Below, piece after piece: positions 1 to 11,995 of a stretch of 64,000 bases of DNA (position 1 is the stretch's first letter; each line of letters starts with the position of its first letter). This stretch comes from Octopus sinensis. Its lineage: Eukaryota. Both the position numbers and the translations under genes were made by a program. The DNA lies in NCBI RefSeq assembly GCF_006345805.1, contig NC_043007.1:17174001-17238000 (forward strand). The letters are read 5' to 3'. The notes under the pieces are model-generated. The model did no database searches. It had not been told where the DNA came from and worked only from the letters and a program-made list of their open reading frames with translations.

Positions 1-558
1 TGAGGTCCTTCTGCAGACAACCTCAATATCACTTGACAACCGATGCTGGTGTGTTTAATTCCCCGTAACTTAGCTGTTCGGCAAAAGAGACTGATAGAAT
101 AAGTACTAGCCTTACAAAGAATAAGTCCTGGGGTCGATTTGCTCGATTAAAGGCGGTGCTCCAGCATGGCCACAGTCAAATGACTGAAACAAGTAAAAGA
201 GTAAAGAGTATACTAGGAAGGATTATGGAAGCTCAAAAACCCTGCAAACCAGCAGAAATTTAGAGAGATTCTAATAGAAGCCTCTGATGATAGAGAGAAG
301 AAGGAAGGGGCATATAACTTAGAGGACAATTGGGAGTTCCCGTGGACAATCTGCTGGAGGCCACTGACCCAATCTGTGGCTGGTGAAAAGTCCCAGCTAG
401 GTCATCATAAGTGAGAGAATGCCAAATATCAATCATTACAAAATAAAGCTAAAGTGAACGTAAAGTGAACGTTACAAAATGCCAGATATCATCATTACAA
501 AATAAAGCAAAAGTGAACATAACAGTAATACACGTGTGTTTGATATGGCTATCGTGAT

Positions 559-624
559 TTTATTAAGAGACAGTTGTTATAGAATTGTTTCACACCTGTA
601 AATTCGCCAAACATATAATTTATT
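559..624 (-). terminator. Candidate polyadenylation signals of RSPH4/6
   Basis: Two minus-strand AATAAA hexamers (619-624 and 559-564) shortly after the stop codon. Confidence 0.5.
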
Positions 625-675
625 GAAACTAGGAAAATAAATAGTTCTGGGACATCTAAAGTTTTGTTTGAAGTT

Positions 676-904
676 TTAAGCCTCTTCTTCTTCCTCTTCC
701 TCCTCTTCTTCTAATTCTTCTTCAGCTGCGGCATTGGCCTGCTGCTCAGCTCTCAAGGCAGCTTCTTGCTCTGGAGTTGGGTCATCAATCTCAATCACTT
801 CCGGCCCGTCTAAGTATTCATCCATTGGGGCTGGTATTAGAGGTGGGGTGTAGTTTTCAGCCGCTGCCTTGTGACCCCAGCCAATGTAAATATTTTCAAA
901 TCTC
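676..904 (-). CDS. RSPH4A: RSPH4/6 exon 10 (terminal)
   Basis: RFENIYIGWGHK...EYLDGPEVIEIDDPTPEQEAALRA...EEEEA*, TAA at 676-678; exons total 1833 nt = 610 aa + stop. Probably the single co-ortholog of vertebrate RSPH4A/RSPH6A. Confidence 0.96.
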
Positions 905-994
905 CTGCAATGATTAAAAGGGGGGAAAAAAACAACTATAAAACAACTAAAACAAACATCAGTTTGCCTGTCTGATGACAGGTTCTAGTCTTAA

Positions 995-1214
995 CCCTTT
1001 TGATACCAACCCAGATGAAACCACCTCTGGCTCTGTACTACAAATGTTTTGTTTTCATAAGCTTTGAATTAAAATCTTCCACCAAACCTTATTCATAATT
1101 TATGTTCCTAACACTAGCTTAATGATAACTAAGTTTGTTTTTTTTTCCCTAAATTCTTCGTTATATTTAAAAGTAATTGGAAGAAACCTCAAAATAAATA
1201 CAGTAACGAAAGGG
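995..1214. mobile_element. piggyBac-type MITE
   Basis: TTAA on both sides (991-994, 1215-1218); TIRs CCCTTTTGATAC / GTAACGAAAGGG. A related end lies at ~50820-50857. Confidence 0.75.
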
Positions 1215-2736
1215 TTAAACCACAATGGAAAAGTTAGAGTAGAGAGGTTGTCCAACCATCAAGCTGTCATTCTCCACAGTTTATAAATGTCCAAATTTGT
1301 AAAAGCCATCCCGCCTGTGCAGATGTAGTGGAAAAAGAGATGTGTGATCAGCAAAGTGATATAAAAAAAAACAATAAAAAATACAAATGTAAACAAGTGA
1401 GAAAAAAAACAAAAGAAAAACTAATATTAGACAAAACATTTACGACGTATTCTGTTGTGTCTGGGGAGAGTCATTTTCTTTTTGTCCCTTATGATTTAAC
1501 ACACTCACCGGTAAAATTTCCACTTATTTCTTATTTTTATTTTCCTAAAATTTTCGTTGCGCCTTGCAACCTTTTCAATAGTCTTGACTTTGGTGAGCCC
1601 AGGGGATTATAGCAGAAGACACCCAAAGTCATAGCAGAAGACACTTACCCAAAGTGCTGTGCAATGGGATTGAACTTGAAAACTGCTTGGCTAGAAAGTA
1701 ACACTATTGAAAAGGTTGCAAGATGCAGCGAAAATTTTAGGGAAATAAAAATAAGAAATAAGTGGAAATTTTACCGGTGAGTGTGTACAAAAAGAAAATG
1801 ACTCTCCCCAGACACAACAGAATATGCTTCAACACACGAACTAATATAAAGAATCTTGCAAACAAAATCCAAAAACGAAATTTACAACGTATATATAAAC
1901 AAAAAAATTACAACTATCCTACACTTGTATATGCCATATTTGCTGGTGTATAAGATGCACGTGTGCATAAAACTCACTGGTTTTCCAAGAATATTTTGTG
2001 GAAGAAACAAAATTCTTGTATCATCGTAGACTTATTGACAGACATTTCAAAGTAGTTTTGTAAGGGGGGAAATGTATGATTCTCATCATCATCATCATCA
2101 TTGTCATTTATCATCATGTGGAGGCGCAATGGCCCAGTGGTTAGGGCAGCGGACTCGCGGTTTCGATTCCCAGACCGGGCGTTGTGAGTATTTATTGAGC
2201 AAAAACACCTAAAAGCTCCACGAGGCTGCAGCAGGGGATGGTGGTGATCCCTGCTGTACTCTTTCACCACAACTTTCTCTCACTCTTACTTCCTGTTTCT
2301 GTTTGTACCTGTATTTCAAAGGGCCCGCCTTGTCACTCTCTGTGTCACACTGAATATCCCCGAGAACTACGTTAAGGGTACACGTGTCTGTGGAGTGCTC
2401 AGCCACTTACACGTTAATTTCACGAGCAGGCTGTTCCGTTGATTCGGATCAACCGGAACCCTCGTCGTCATAACCGACGGAGTGCTTCCATCCATTTATC
2501 GTCAAACGATGATGATGATGATGATGATTTTAAAGACAGCACTGTAAAGAGCTTAATTTATGTTGACATGTATATTTTGCAAGGGTCTAAACAATCCACT
2601 TCAACATACCTTTATGTGAATATAGTGATTTTTTCCCCCGTGTTTTCAAAAAGTTTTTGAAAACATTTTGGTGTAACTCTCACAAGAATGGTCCTATATC
2701 TTTTCTGGTATAACTCAAAGAAGAGAACATACTAAC

Positions 2737-2993
2737 CTACTTGTGGAAAAAGTATAGGCACCGGGCCATAAGTTGGATTGTAATACAGCTACAGCATACT
2801 GTGGGATAATTGATGATGATGCAGATAATGTCCAAGGTATTATTCCACTTAGACTAATGTCTTCAGAGAGTGGAGTTAATAGAGGTGGACCAATTTCAGG
2901 CTGCGGTTCTTCCATTTCTTCTCGTTCTTCTTCTTCATCTTCTTCAACCTCTTCCTCAGTTTTGGCGGTTGCATTGAACCACTTACATCGCCC
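2737..2993 (-). CDS. RSPH4A: RSPH4/6 exon 9
   Basis: GRCKWFN...[14 protein letters not shown]...[20 protein letters not shown]; ctgtag acceptor, gttagt donor. Confidence 0.96.
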
Positions 2994-3109
2994 CTACAGG
3001 ATAAAGAATACATTTATATTGGTTGAAAGTTTTGGCACAAGGCCAGCAAAGTTTAGGAGAGGGATTAAGTAGATTACATCAACCCAGGTGCTCAACTGGT
3101 ACGTATTTT

Positions 3110-4291
3110 TTAATTCTATGCTGGAGTCCCTAATTTGCATACCAAAAAATTTTAACCTCTACATAAACCCATCCAAAACAGCAGTTAATTCTTTGCTGGA
3201 TTCCCTAATTTGCATACCAAAAAATTTTAACCCATCCAAAAGAGAAGTTAATTCTATGCTGGAGTCCCTAATTTGCATACCCAAAAATTTTAACCACTAT
3301 ATAAACCCATCCAAAACAGCAGTTAATTCTATGCTGGATTCCCTAATTTGCATACCAAAAAATTATAACCACTATATAAACCCATCCAAAAGAGTAGTTA
3401 ATTCTTTGCCGGATTCCCTAATTTGCATACCAAAAAATTATAACCACTATATAAACCCATCCAAAAGAGTAGTTAATTCTTTGCTGGATTCCCTAATTTG
3501 CATACCAAAAAATTATAACCACTATATAAACCCATCCAAAAGAGTAGTTAATTCTATGCTGGATTCTCTAATTTGCATACCAAAAAATTATAACCACTAT
3601 ATAAACCCATCCAAATGAGTAGTTAATTCTTTGCTGGATTCCCTAATTTGCATACCAAAAAATTATAACCACTATATAAACCCATCCAAAAGAGTAGTTA
3701 ATTCTATGCTGGATTCCCTAATTTGCATACCAAAAAATTATAACCACTATATAAACCCATCTAATAAAGCAGTTAATTCCATGCTGGCGTCCCTAATTTG
3801 CATATTAAAAAATTTTAACCACTATATAAACCCATCCAAAAGAGTAGTTAATTCTATGCTGGACTCCCTAATTTGCATACCACAAAATTTTAACCACTAT
3901 ATAAACTCATTGAATACAGCAGTTAATTCTATGCTGGAGTCCCTCATTTGCATACCAAAATATTTTAACCACTATATAAACTCATCCAATACGCCAGTTA
4001 ATTCTATGCTGGTTCCCTAATTTGCATACCGAAAAATTTTAAGTGCTCTATAAACTCTATATATACTCAACAAATACACCAGTTAATTCTTTGCTGGATT
4101 CCCTAATTTGCATACCAAAAAATTTTAACTACTAAATAAACTCATCCAATACAGCAGTTAATTCTATGCTGGAGTCTCTAATTTGCATACCAAAAAATTT
4201 TACCTGCTGTATAAAGTTTATATATACTCAACAAATACAGCAGTTAATTCTATGCTGGAGTCCCTAATTTGCATACCCAAAACTTTTAACC
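3110..4291. repeat. 75-bp minisatellite, 16 units
   Basis: Unit agttaattctatgctggattccctaatttgcataccaaaaaattataaccactatataaacccatccaaaagagt; causes the 25-aa periodic ORFs 3088-3618 and 3631-4020. Confidence 0.95.
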
Positions 4292-5512
4292 AACCCATCC
4301 ATCCGTCCGTCCGTCCGCCCGCCCGCTATAGTGGAGGCATATTGCCCAGTGATTAGAGCAGCGGACTCGCAGTCAAGGGATCATGGGTTTGAATCTCAGA
4401 CCGGTTGAGAGATGTGTGTTTATGAGCGAAACACCTAAGCTCCACACGGCTCCGGTAGAAGGTAATGGCGAACTTCTGCTGACTCTTTCGCCAGAACTTT
4501 CTCTCACTCCTTCCTCCTGCATCTTGCAGCTCACCTGCGAAGGACCAGCGTCCCGTCCAGGTGGGGAACCTATACTCCAAGGAAACCGGAGTGGCTCGAG
4601 AAGGAACAAATAAGCTATAACACCCAGCAGCAAGGCTCACTCCAGGTCACACACCTGTAGGGTAAGCTATATATGTACCAATCTATCTATCTATCTATCT
4701 AATTTCAGAGTTCTTGAAAAGGTCACAGACACTCCACTTTTTCTCCTCCTCCTCCTCCTTTTCCTCCCCTTCCACCGCCTTCTTCCTCCTTCCTTCATCT
4801 TTTCCCCCCTCCCTTTCCTTTTCCTCTTCCTCCTCTCCTCCCTCCACACCCCGTCCTATTCCCCTTCTTTTATCCTCTAGATCAGTTTAAAAATAAACTT
4901 TAATATCCGTCAGGTTCGACTTTTATATTGCATCATTTTTGAGTCCAAGAAATATCTACTGGGGTCTCTTTATTCAACCCTACCCAACCAATTGTACATC
5001 TTTCGCTTCGTGAATACAATCAGAAACTAATAGATAATCCAAAACGAAAAAACTAAAAGACTTAGCCATATTCCAGTTGGCTCTTCACAAAATTCAAAAA
5101 ACAATTGCTTACTTAAAAAGAAAAATATCCCAATTGTCCACCTAACACAAAGACATCAAAATTTACGTAACATACGCTTGTTCTCACAGGGGAAAACTGT
5201 TACGTACCAAAAAGATTGTTGTTAAAGTCTAAACTGGCAGTGAACATTGTTCAAGGGAGATAAATATAACTATTTTAATTGATTTTTAAATGAATTACTT
5301 CCCTTGACTAATTTCTTCTTTCTCGCTTAATTTCTTCAGTTGTCTGGACAATACTCATTTTTCTACAGAACCATTCATAAAGAAATTATTATAAATTATA
5401 ATCCATGACCTACAAATAATAATCCACTTGAACCTGTCCTTGGTTTTATGATATAAACTGTTTTAAAGTGATCTAAATTAACAGTAACAGATAAGGCAGT
5501 AAGAGAAACTGG

Positions 5513-6300
5513 ATGTTATATAATAATAATAATGAAATTATTGTATACAGTGCTCAGGTGCACCACAACTTGTCAGAAAGTGCGTATAAAGTATATGCAG
5601 TAATGTACAAATGTCTGGAAAGCGAACAGTGTATGAGTCAGATACATGCTTGTGTGTGTATGGAGGGGAGGAAATCAGGTGTAGTGTTGGCGAATCTCAG
5701 GAAGCATGGAAGTTTTGAAGGATGCAGTGCTCCGACAACTAACAACTGATGCCGGCAGTTTGTTCCATGCTACAGCAACTCTCAGCGTGAAAAAATGTTT
5801 CCGAAAGTCATGGGAGCTGTGCTGTTTTCTGACTTTGTAAATATGTCCACGGGTGTTAGATGGGTGGAGTTTGAAAAGGTGCTCAGAGTTATTGTTTGTA
5901 AGATGGTTGATAATTTTACGGGTGTCTGCCAAGTCAGCTGCCAGACGTCGGAGTTTCAATGTGTCCATGCCCAGGGAAGTAAGGCGTTCAGAATATGGCA
6001 AATGCCTGATGGAGTGTATTCTCTTGGTTGCACGTCGCTGAACGGTTTCCAGACGATTAATATCCTGGGCAAGATAGGGGTTCCAGACCGGTGATGCAAA
6101 TTCCAGGTGAGGTCTTACCATAGCTATATAAAGCCGCAGATAGGTAGCCGGAGAGCAGCTCACAAAGGACTTGGTGAGTGATACCAAGACACCCTCAGCC
6201 TTCTTGGCAATTTTAGCGATATGTTTTGTCCAAGGCAAATCGCTGTCGACAATAACACCCAGGTCACGTTCACAGAAGACTTTGTGTATACATAACAGAG
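5513..6300 (-). mobile_element. CR1-clade LINE, 5'-truncated (ORF2 C-terminus, 3' UTR, (TAT)n tail)
   Basis: ERDLGVIVD...LYIAMVRPHLEFASPVWNPY...LETVQRRATK...HFFTLRV..AWNKLP, typical CR1 post-RT region. Confidence 0.92.
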
Positions 6301-6729
6301 AGGAGAAGCTGAAAGAGGTTTACAAATGTTTCAGGACAAAAGGAAGAGAGACGTGAGATTTTCTTATCATGAAACAGAGCAGCAGAAACCTAAGTTGGTA
6401 TCAATGATGCTGGCACTGCTGCTGATGCTGTTGTTATCATCACCATTGCCAGTGATGTTATTGTCATCATCATCATCATCAGCAGCAGCAGCAGCCGTTC
6501 AAGAATTTGAACCTGGAGATCTCCATTTCCAGCGACTTCGAGGGCCACCTCCCAGTGGTGTCAGGCGTCAATGAAGAGCCCTCGACTACAACAAGATGAC
6601 CAATGTTTTTTTCTTTTTTTTTCCAAGGTCTGGGGTCTCCCGCCCCTAAGCCCTAGGACCATCACCTAATCACCCTTACCAGTCTTAACAACAACAACAA
6701 CAACGACATCAGAATCAACAACAGTAGCA

Positions 6730-6974
6730 ACACCACCACAACCACCACCACCACAACCACCACCACCACAACCACCACCACCACAACCACCACCACCACA
6801 ACCACCACCACCACAACCACCACCACCACAACCACCACCACCACAACCACCACCACCACAACCACCACTACCACCACCACCACCACACCACCACCACTAC
6901 CACCACCACCACCACCACCACTACCACCACCACCACCACCACCACCACCACTACCACTACCACCACCACCACCA
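6730..6974. repeat. (CAC/CAA)n compound microsatellite
   Basis: Direct reading; source of the poly-Val ORFs. Confidence 0.95.
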
Positions 6975-7555
6975 TCGCCTCCAACAACATCAGCATCAAC
7001 AACAGCCGTTCAAGAATTTGGACCTGGAGATCTCCATTTCCAGCGACTTCGAGGGCCACCTCCCCCAGTGGTGCCAGGTGTCAACGAAGAGCCCTCGACT
7101 ACAACAAGACGACCAAAGTTCCCCCTCCCCCAAGGTCTGGGGTCTCCCGCCCCTAAGCCCTAGACCATCACCCAATCACCCTTACCCGTCTTGTTGCTTA
7201 ACAACAACAACAACAGCAGCAGTAGCAGTAGCAGCATCATCATCATTGCCGTTGTCATCATCGTCATCATCATCATCATCATCGTTATTGTCGCTGTTGT
7301 CGTCATCGTCATCACCATCTTAATATCTGTTTTTCTATACTTGCATGGGATAAATAAGTACATTAAAAGAGGGAGAGAAAGTGAAGCAGGAAGAGAAAGA
7401 GAAGGAAAGAGAGAGAGAGAGAGGTGGGGTAGAGAAATAGAGAAATATAGAGTGAAAGAGATAGAAACAAAGGGAGAGTGGGGGAAAAGAGAGAAATAGA
7501 GAGTGAAGTAAATAAGATAGAAGAAAACAAGAGAGAGAGAGAGAAGTAAACTGAC

Positions 7556-7662
7556 CTGCGGTAAAATGTGCAAGGTATGATGGACCCAGTTACTTAAGGA
7601 TTCACACAGTTCCCTCATTGTGAGTCCATCAAAGTCAATGTTTTCGATGTAAGTGTCTCGTA
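7556..7662 (-). CDS. RSPH4A: RSPH4/6 exon 8
   Basis: (V)[35 protein letters not shown] (family motif NWVHHxxHILPQGR); ttccag acceptor, gtcagt donor. Confidence 0.95.
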
Positions 7663-7714
7663 CTGGAAAGAAGCAAAAGATTGAAATGAAAAGATGATTT
7701 GAACATTGGGAAGC

Positions 7715-7912
7715 AATGGAGTGGCTGTGTGGTAAGTAGCTTGTTTACCAACCACATAGTTCCGGGTTCAGTCCCACTGCATGGCACCTTGGGTAAGTGT
7801 CTTCTACTATAGTCTCGGGCCGACCAAAGCCTTGTGAGTGGATTTGGTAGACGGAAACTGAAAGAAGCCTGTCGTATATATGTATATATATATATATGTG
7901 TGTGTGTGTGTG

Positions 7913-7948
<36 letters not shown>

Positions 7949-8170
7949 ATGTTTGTGTGTCTGTGTTTGTCCCCCTACCATTGCTTGACAACTGATGCTG
8001 GTGTGTTTACGTCCCCGTTACTTAGCGGTTCGGCAAAAGAGACCGATAGAATAAGTACTGGGCTTACAAAAAGAATAAGTCCCGGGGTTGAGTTGCTCCA
8101 TTAAAGGTGGTGCTCCAGCATGGCCGCAGTCAAATGACTGAAACAAGTAAAAGAGTAAAGAGAGAGAGTA
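7715..8170 (+). mobile_element. SINE family A, representative copy (tRNA-like head, central microsatellite, gagtaaaa tail)
   Basis: Roughly 25 full or partial copies, e.g. 22193-22690 +, 24895-25275 +, 29290-29695 -, 34605-35122 -, 35890-36280 +, 40435-40835 -, 44862-45250 +, 45255-45650 -, 50290-50750 -, 56631-57045 -, 57650-58025 +. Confidence 0.9.
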
Positions 8171-8180
8171 AGCATTTGAG

Positions 8181-8252
8181 CGGGATGTGGCTCAATGGTA
8201 GAGTCTTTGCTTTGCATGCAAAAGGCCCCAGGTTCAATACATAGCATCTCCA
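8181..8252 (+). tRNA. tRNA-Ala(TGC)-like sequence, probably a pseudogene
   Basis: 72-nt cloverleaf: D stem GCTC/GAGT, perfect anticodon stem TTTGC/GCAAA with TGC at 8213-8215, T loop TTCAATA; C1:C72 mismatch and two T-stem mismatches. Confidence 0.7.
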
Positions 8253-8759
8253 AGAGCAGGCTGGAGATGTGTTTTTGCTTATAAGTGCAAGGTGGCTATG
8301 TGGTAAGAAGATAATTTCTCAACCACGTGGTTTCATGTTCAGTGCCACTGTGTGGCACCTTGGGCAATTGTCCTCTGTTATAGTTTCAGGCTGACCAAAG
8401 TTTTGTGAGTAGATCTGGTAGAAGGAAACTGAAAGAAGCCCATCATATGTGTGTGTGTGTGTGTGTGTGCATGTGCATGCATACATATGTGCGTGTGTGT
8501 TTGTCCCCCACCGCTGCTTGACAACCGGTGTTGGATTGCTTACCTCCCCATAACTTAGTGGTTCAGCAAAAGAGACTGATAGAAAATGTACCAGACTTGC
8601 CAAAATAAAAAACACACACACAAAAAAAACATAAGCACCAGGGTTAATTCTTTCAAACAAACCTTTCAAGGCGGTGCCCCAGCATGGCCACAGTCCAATG
8701 ACTGGAACAAGCAAAAGATAAAAGAGGAATTGATAAAACAACAGCTAATGGAAACATGG

Positions 8760-9062
8760 TGGAGGCACATGGCCTATTGGTTAGAGCAGCGGACTCGCGG
8801 TCGAGGGATCGCGGGTTCGAATCTCAGACCGGGCGATGTGTGTGTTTATGAGCGAAACACTTAAGTTCCACGCGGCTCCTGCAGAAGGTAATGGCGAACT
8901 TCTGCTGACTCTTTCACCACAACTTTCTCTCACTCTTTCCTCCTGCATCTTGCAGCTCACCTGTGACGGACCAGCGTCCCATCCAGGTGGGGAACCTATA
9001 CGCCAAGAAACCGGGTAACCGGCCCTTATGAGCCAAGCATGGCTCGGGAAGGAACAAACAAC
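8760..9062 (+). mobile_element. tRNA-derived SINE family E
   Basis: A/B-box head, (AAC)n tail; copies at 4332-4610 + and ~23570-23712 -. Confidence 0.85.
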
Positions 9063-9095
9063 AAAAATGGAAACATGAGATGTTCTGGGACTTAC

Positions 9096-9237
9096 CCTCG
9101 CCTTCTTCTTCCTCTTCCTCTTCCTCATCAAATTGATAGAACCCCATCATTGAGGCCTGGGTGCCAGCACTGATGCGTGCTATTTGAGTTCGAAGGTAGT
9201 TCATTTCATTACCAGGAAATGGAGGATATGTGATTAT
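9096..9237 (-). CDS. RSPH4A: RSPH4/6 exon 7
   Basis: [47 protein letters not shown]; cctag acceptor, gtaagt donor. Confidence 0.96.
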
Positions 9238-9292
9238 CTAGGAGAAATAAAGAACCACATACATTATATGATGGTATTTGTCATTATAAATA

Positions 9293-9903
9293 GGCGGCGA
9301 GCTGGCAGAATCGTTAGCACGCCGGGCGAAATGCGTAGCCGTATTTTGTCTGCCGTTACGTTCTGAGTTCAAATTCCACCGAGGTCGACTTTACCTTCCA
9401 TCTTTTCGGGGTCGATAAATTAAGTACCAGTTACGCACTGAGGTCTATGTAATCGACTTAATACCTATGTCTGTCCTTGTTTGTCCTCTCTGTGTTTAGC
9501 CCCTTGTGGATAGTAAAGAAATAGGTATTTCGCCTGTCGCTAATGTTCTGAGTTCAAATTCCGCCGAGGTCGACTTTGCCTTTCATTCTTTCGGGGTCGA
9601 TTAAATAAGTACCAGTTATACACCGGGGTCGATGTAATCGACTTAATCCGTTTGTCTGTCCTTGTTTGTCCCTTCTGTGTTTAGCCCCTTGTGGGTAGTA
9701 AAGAAATAGGTATTTCGTCTGCAGCTAACGTTCTGAGTTCAAATTCCACCGAGGTCGACTTTGCCTTTCATCCTTTCGGACTCGATTAAATAAGTACCAG
9801 TTACACACTGGGGTCGATATAATCGACTTAATCCGTTTGTCTGTCCTTGTTTGTCCTCTCTGTATTTATCCCCTTGTGGGTAATAAAGAAATAGGTATTT
9901 GTC
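9293..9903 (+). mobile_element. SINE family B, tandem multimer of a 184-185-bp unit
   Basis: One A-box head plus repeated B-box units; further arrays at 14836-15252 -, 15525-15850 +, 17462-17790 +, 36705-37185 +, 41680-42420 +, 42420-42670 -. Confidence 0.88.
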
Positions 9904-9994
9904 ATTATAAGATACCAATTTAATACAGAAAAGATGGGATTTGAACCATGTATCTATCACTTGTTGGGTGACTGTGTTACTAAGCACACTACAT

Positions 9995-10665
9995 ATTACC
10001 AGGTGGAGCAGAGAGGATGGGCGTTTTTGAAAAATTCACAAAATCATTAAATTTAACTGCAAACAAATTTTATTGACTTCAATGTGTTAGTATTGAATTA
10101 GCATATGTCAAAATCAAGTGTGGAAAACAATATTCATTATGTGGTATCCTTTTTCATTGAATCGTTTCTGAAGGCTTTCTTGGAAGTTGACCTCTGCTCT
10201 CTTCAGCATTGCCCTGTCAATTTGGGCAACATTGCTCTCATAGATTTTCAAGAGCCCAGTAATGACAGTTCTGTTGATTCACAATGCCATTGAAATAAAA
10301 ATGAGCTTCATCACTCATTAACTAAACGAGGTTGTCATTTGCTTCAAATATTGTATCCATCTGTTGTTCAAATTCAAGCTGTTATGCATAGTCCCATGGT
10401 TTCAAATGTTGCTAAATGACCAATTTGTACAGGTGGAAATACAGGTCTTCATGCAAAATATGCCTTACTCATTGATTATTGATGCCAAATTCAGTGGAAT
10501 GCCTTTGAGCAGAGCAGAGCGATTCAGACTCCATATCAAAGCTTGTCTGACGCATTCCACATTTTCTGGGGTCCATACTGTTCCTGGCATCCCCACCAGT
10601 CTCCTATTCCTAAGTGTACCTCGTATATGAAGCGCATTCACCCAACATAAGATTGTGTTACAGGT
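9995..10665 (-). mobile_element. Degraded Tc1/mariner transposase remnant
   Basis: MSDEAHFYFNGIVNQQNCHYWALEN (first catalytic Asp motif) fused by deletion to a C-terminus NFQESLQKRFNEKGYHIMNIVFHT*. Confidence 0.75.
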
Positions 10666-11897
10666 GGGAACAGGTGCAGGAGTGGCTGTGTGGTAAGTAG
10701 CTTGCTTACCAACCACATGGTTCCGGGTTCAGTCCCACTGCATGGCACCTTGGGCAAGTGTCTTCTACTATAGCCTTGGGCCAACCAAAGCCTTGTGAGT
10801 GAATTTGGAAGATGGAAACTGAAAGAAGCCCGTCGTATATATGTATATATACATATGTGTGTGTGTGTTTGTGTGTCTGTGTTTGTCTCCCTAGCATTGC
10901 TTGACAACCGATGCTGGTGTGTTTATGTCCCCGTTACTTAGTGGTTCGGTAATGATCATGCTCGAATGGTGCTTTATAACTAAATAATCACATCATTAAT
11001 AAATACAGTTTTTCGAGATCAATGACGAAAAGTTATTGGAAAAACGATATAAATATTTGCATTGGGCCCCCTTTCATCGAAAACCGGTGATTGTCGTACG
11101 CTGAAGACAGGTCAATACCTAGAAACTGCAGTCTGTGTGTATCACTTAGGTTGACGAGGGAAGGGTGACCTCTTTTCGCAAATACCATAAGGGCACAGAA
11201 AGTGTGCCTAAAGCCAGCTGGAGACGATGTTCTCCTGGGGCTAAAAGCTACAGTAACACCCACCCTTAGTGGTTAGCCATATTGAGATGGCAAGTATACC
11301 TCACAATCACATCATTGAAATCCCAAAACTACAAGATAATGCATGATTAAATCAAAACAATGTGAATAAATAAGAATTACATTTGACAGAGTAACCTAAA
11401 TGCTAAAGACTTTTGAGAATGGTAAATCAGATTTAATAGAGTTGGAGAAATACAAAATGTTCACTTTTTCAGGTACCAAAAGCTAAGCTTGGAACTGCTG
11501 CCAGTAAATTTCAATGCAACACATACAGTTTATACAAGAAAAGCTCTCACTGCAGACATAGCAAGAGACATATACCTTTTTTTTTTTTTACTGAAACATG
11601 ACAGGCCCCCGTGCCGGTGGCACGTAAAAAGTACCATCCGATCGTGGCCGTTTGCCAGCCTTGTCTGGCACCTGTGCAGGTGGCACATAAAAAGCACTCA
11701 CGGAGTGGTTGGCGTTAGGAAGGGCATCCAGCTGTAGAACCACTGCCAGATCAGACTGGGCCTGGCGCAGCCTTCTGGCTTCCCAGACCCCAGTTGAACC
11801 GTCCAACCCATGCTAGCATGGAAAACGGATGTTAAACGATGATGATGATGATGATGATGATGACATTACATTAAAATAAGATTGTTTCAAGACTTAC

Positions 11898-11995
11898 TGG
11901 GGCATCTAATCTTCCAGTAAAATATTTCTTGATCTGTCTGGCAATTACAATCTGTATTGGGGTCACTAAAGGCAAACGTATCCAGGGTTTCCCAG
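11898..11995 (-). CDS. RSPH4A: RSPH4/6 exon 6
   Basis: (P)[32 protein letters not shown]; tgcag acceptor, gtaagt donor. Confidence 0.95.

Noticed and set aside
421-520. ~59-bp imperfect tandem duplication beyond the RSPH poly(A) signals
   Set aside because: Two AT-rich copies with no further structure; ordinary slippage.
2120-2200. SINE heads (families D, E, F, A) as tRNA genes
   Set aside because: A/B boxes present but no acceptor stem, and they run into repeated SINE bodies.
3088-4020. Long + strand ORFs with a 25-aa repeat (SLICIPKNYNHYINPSK...)
   Set aside because: A by-product of a 75-bp unit lacking stops in one frame; interrupted by TGA, no splice or homology support, antisense within an intron.
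5675-6238. 187-aa ORF as a host gene
   Set aside because: CR1 LINE ORF2 C-terminus.
6662-7059. Poly-Val ORFs
   Set aside because: Translation of the (CAC)n microsatellite.
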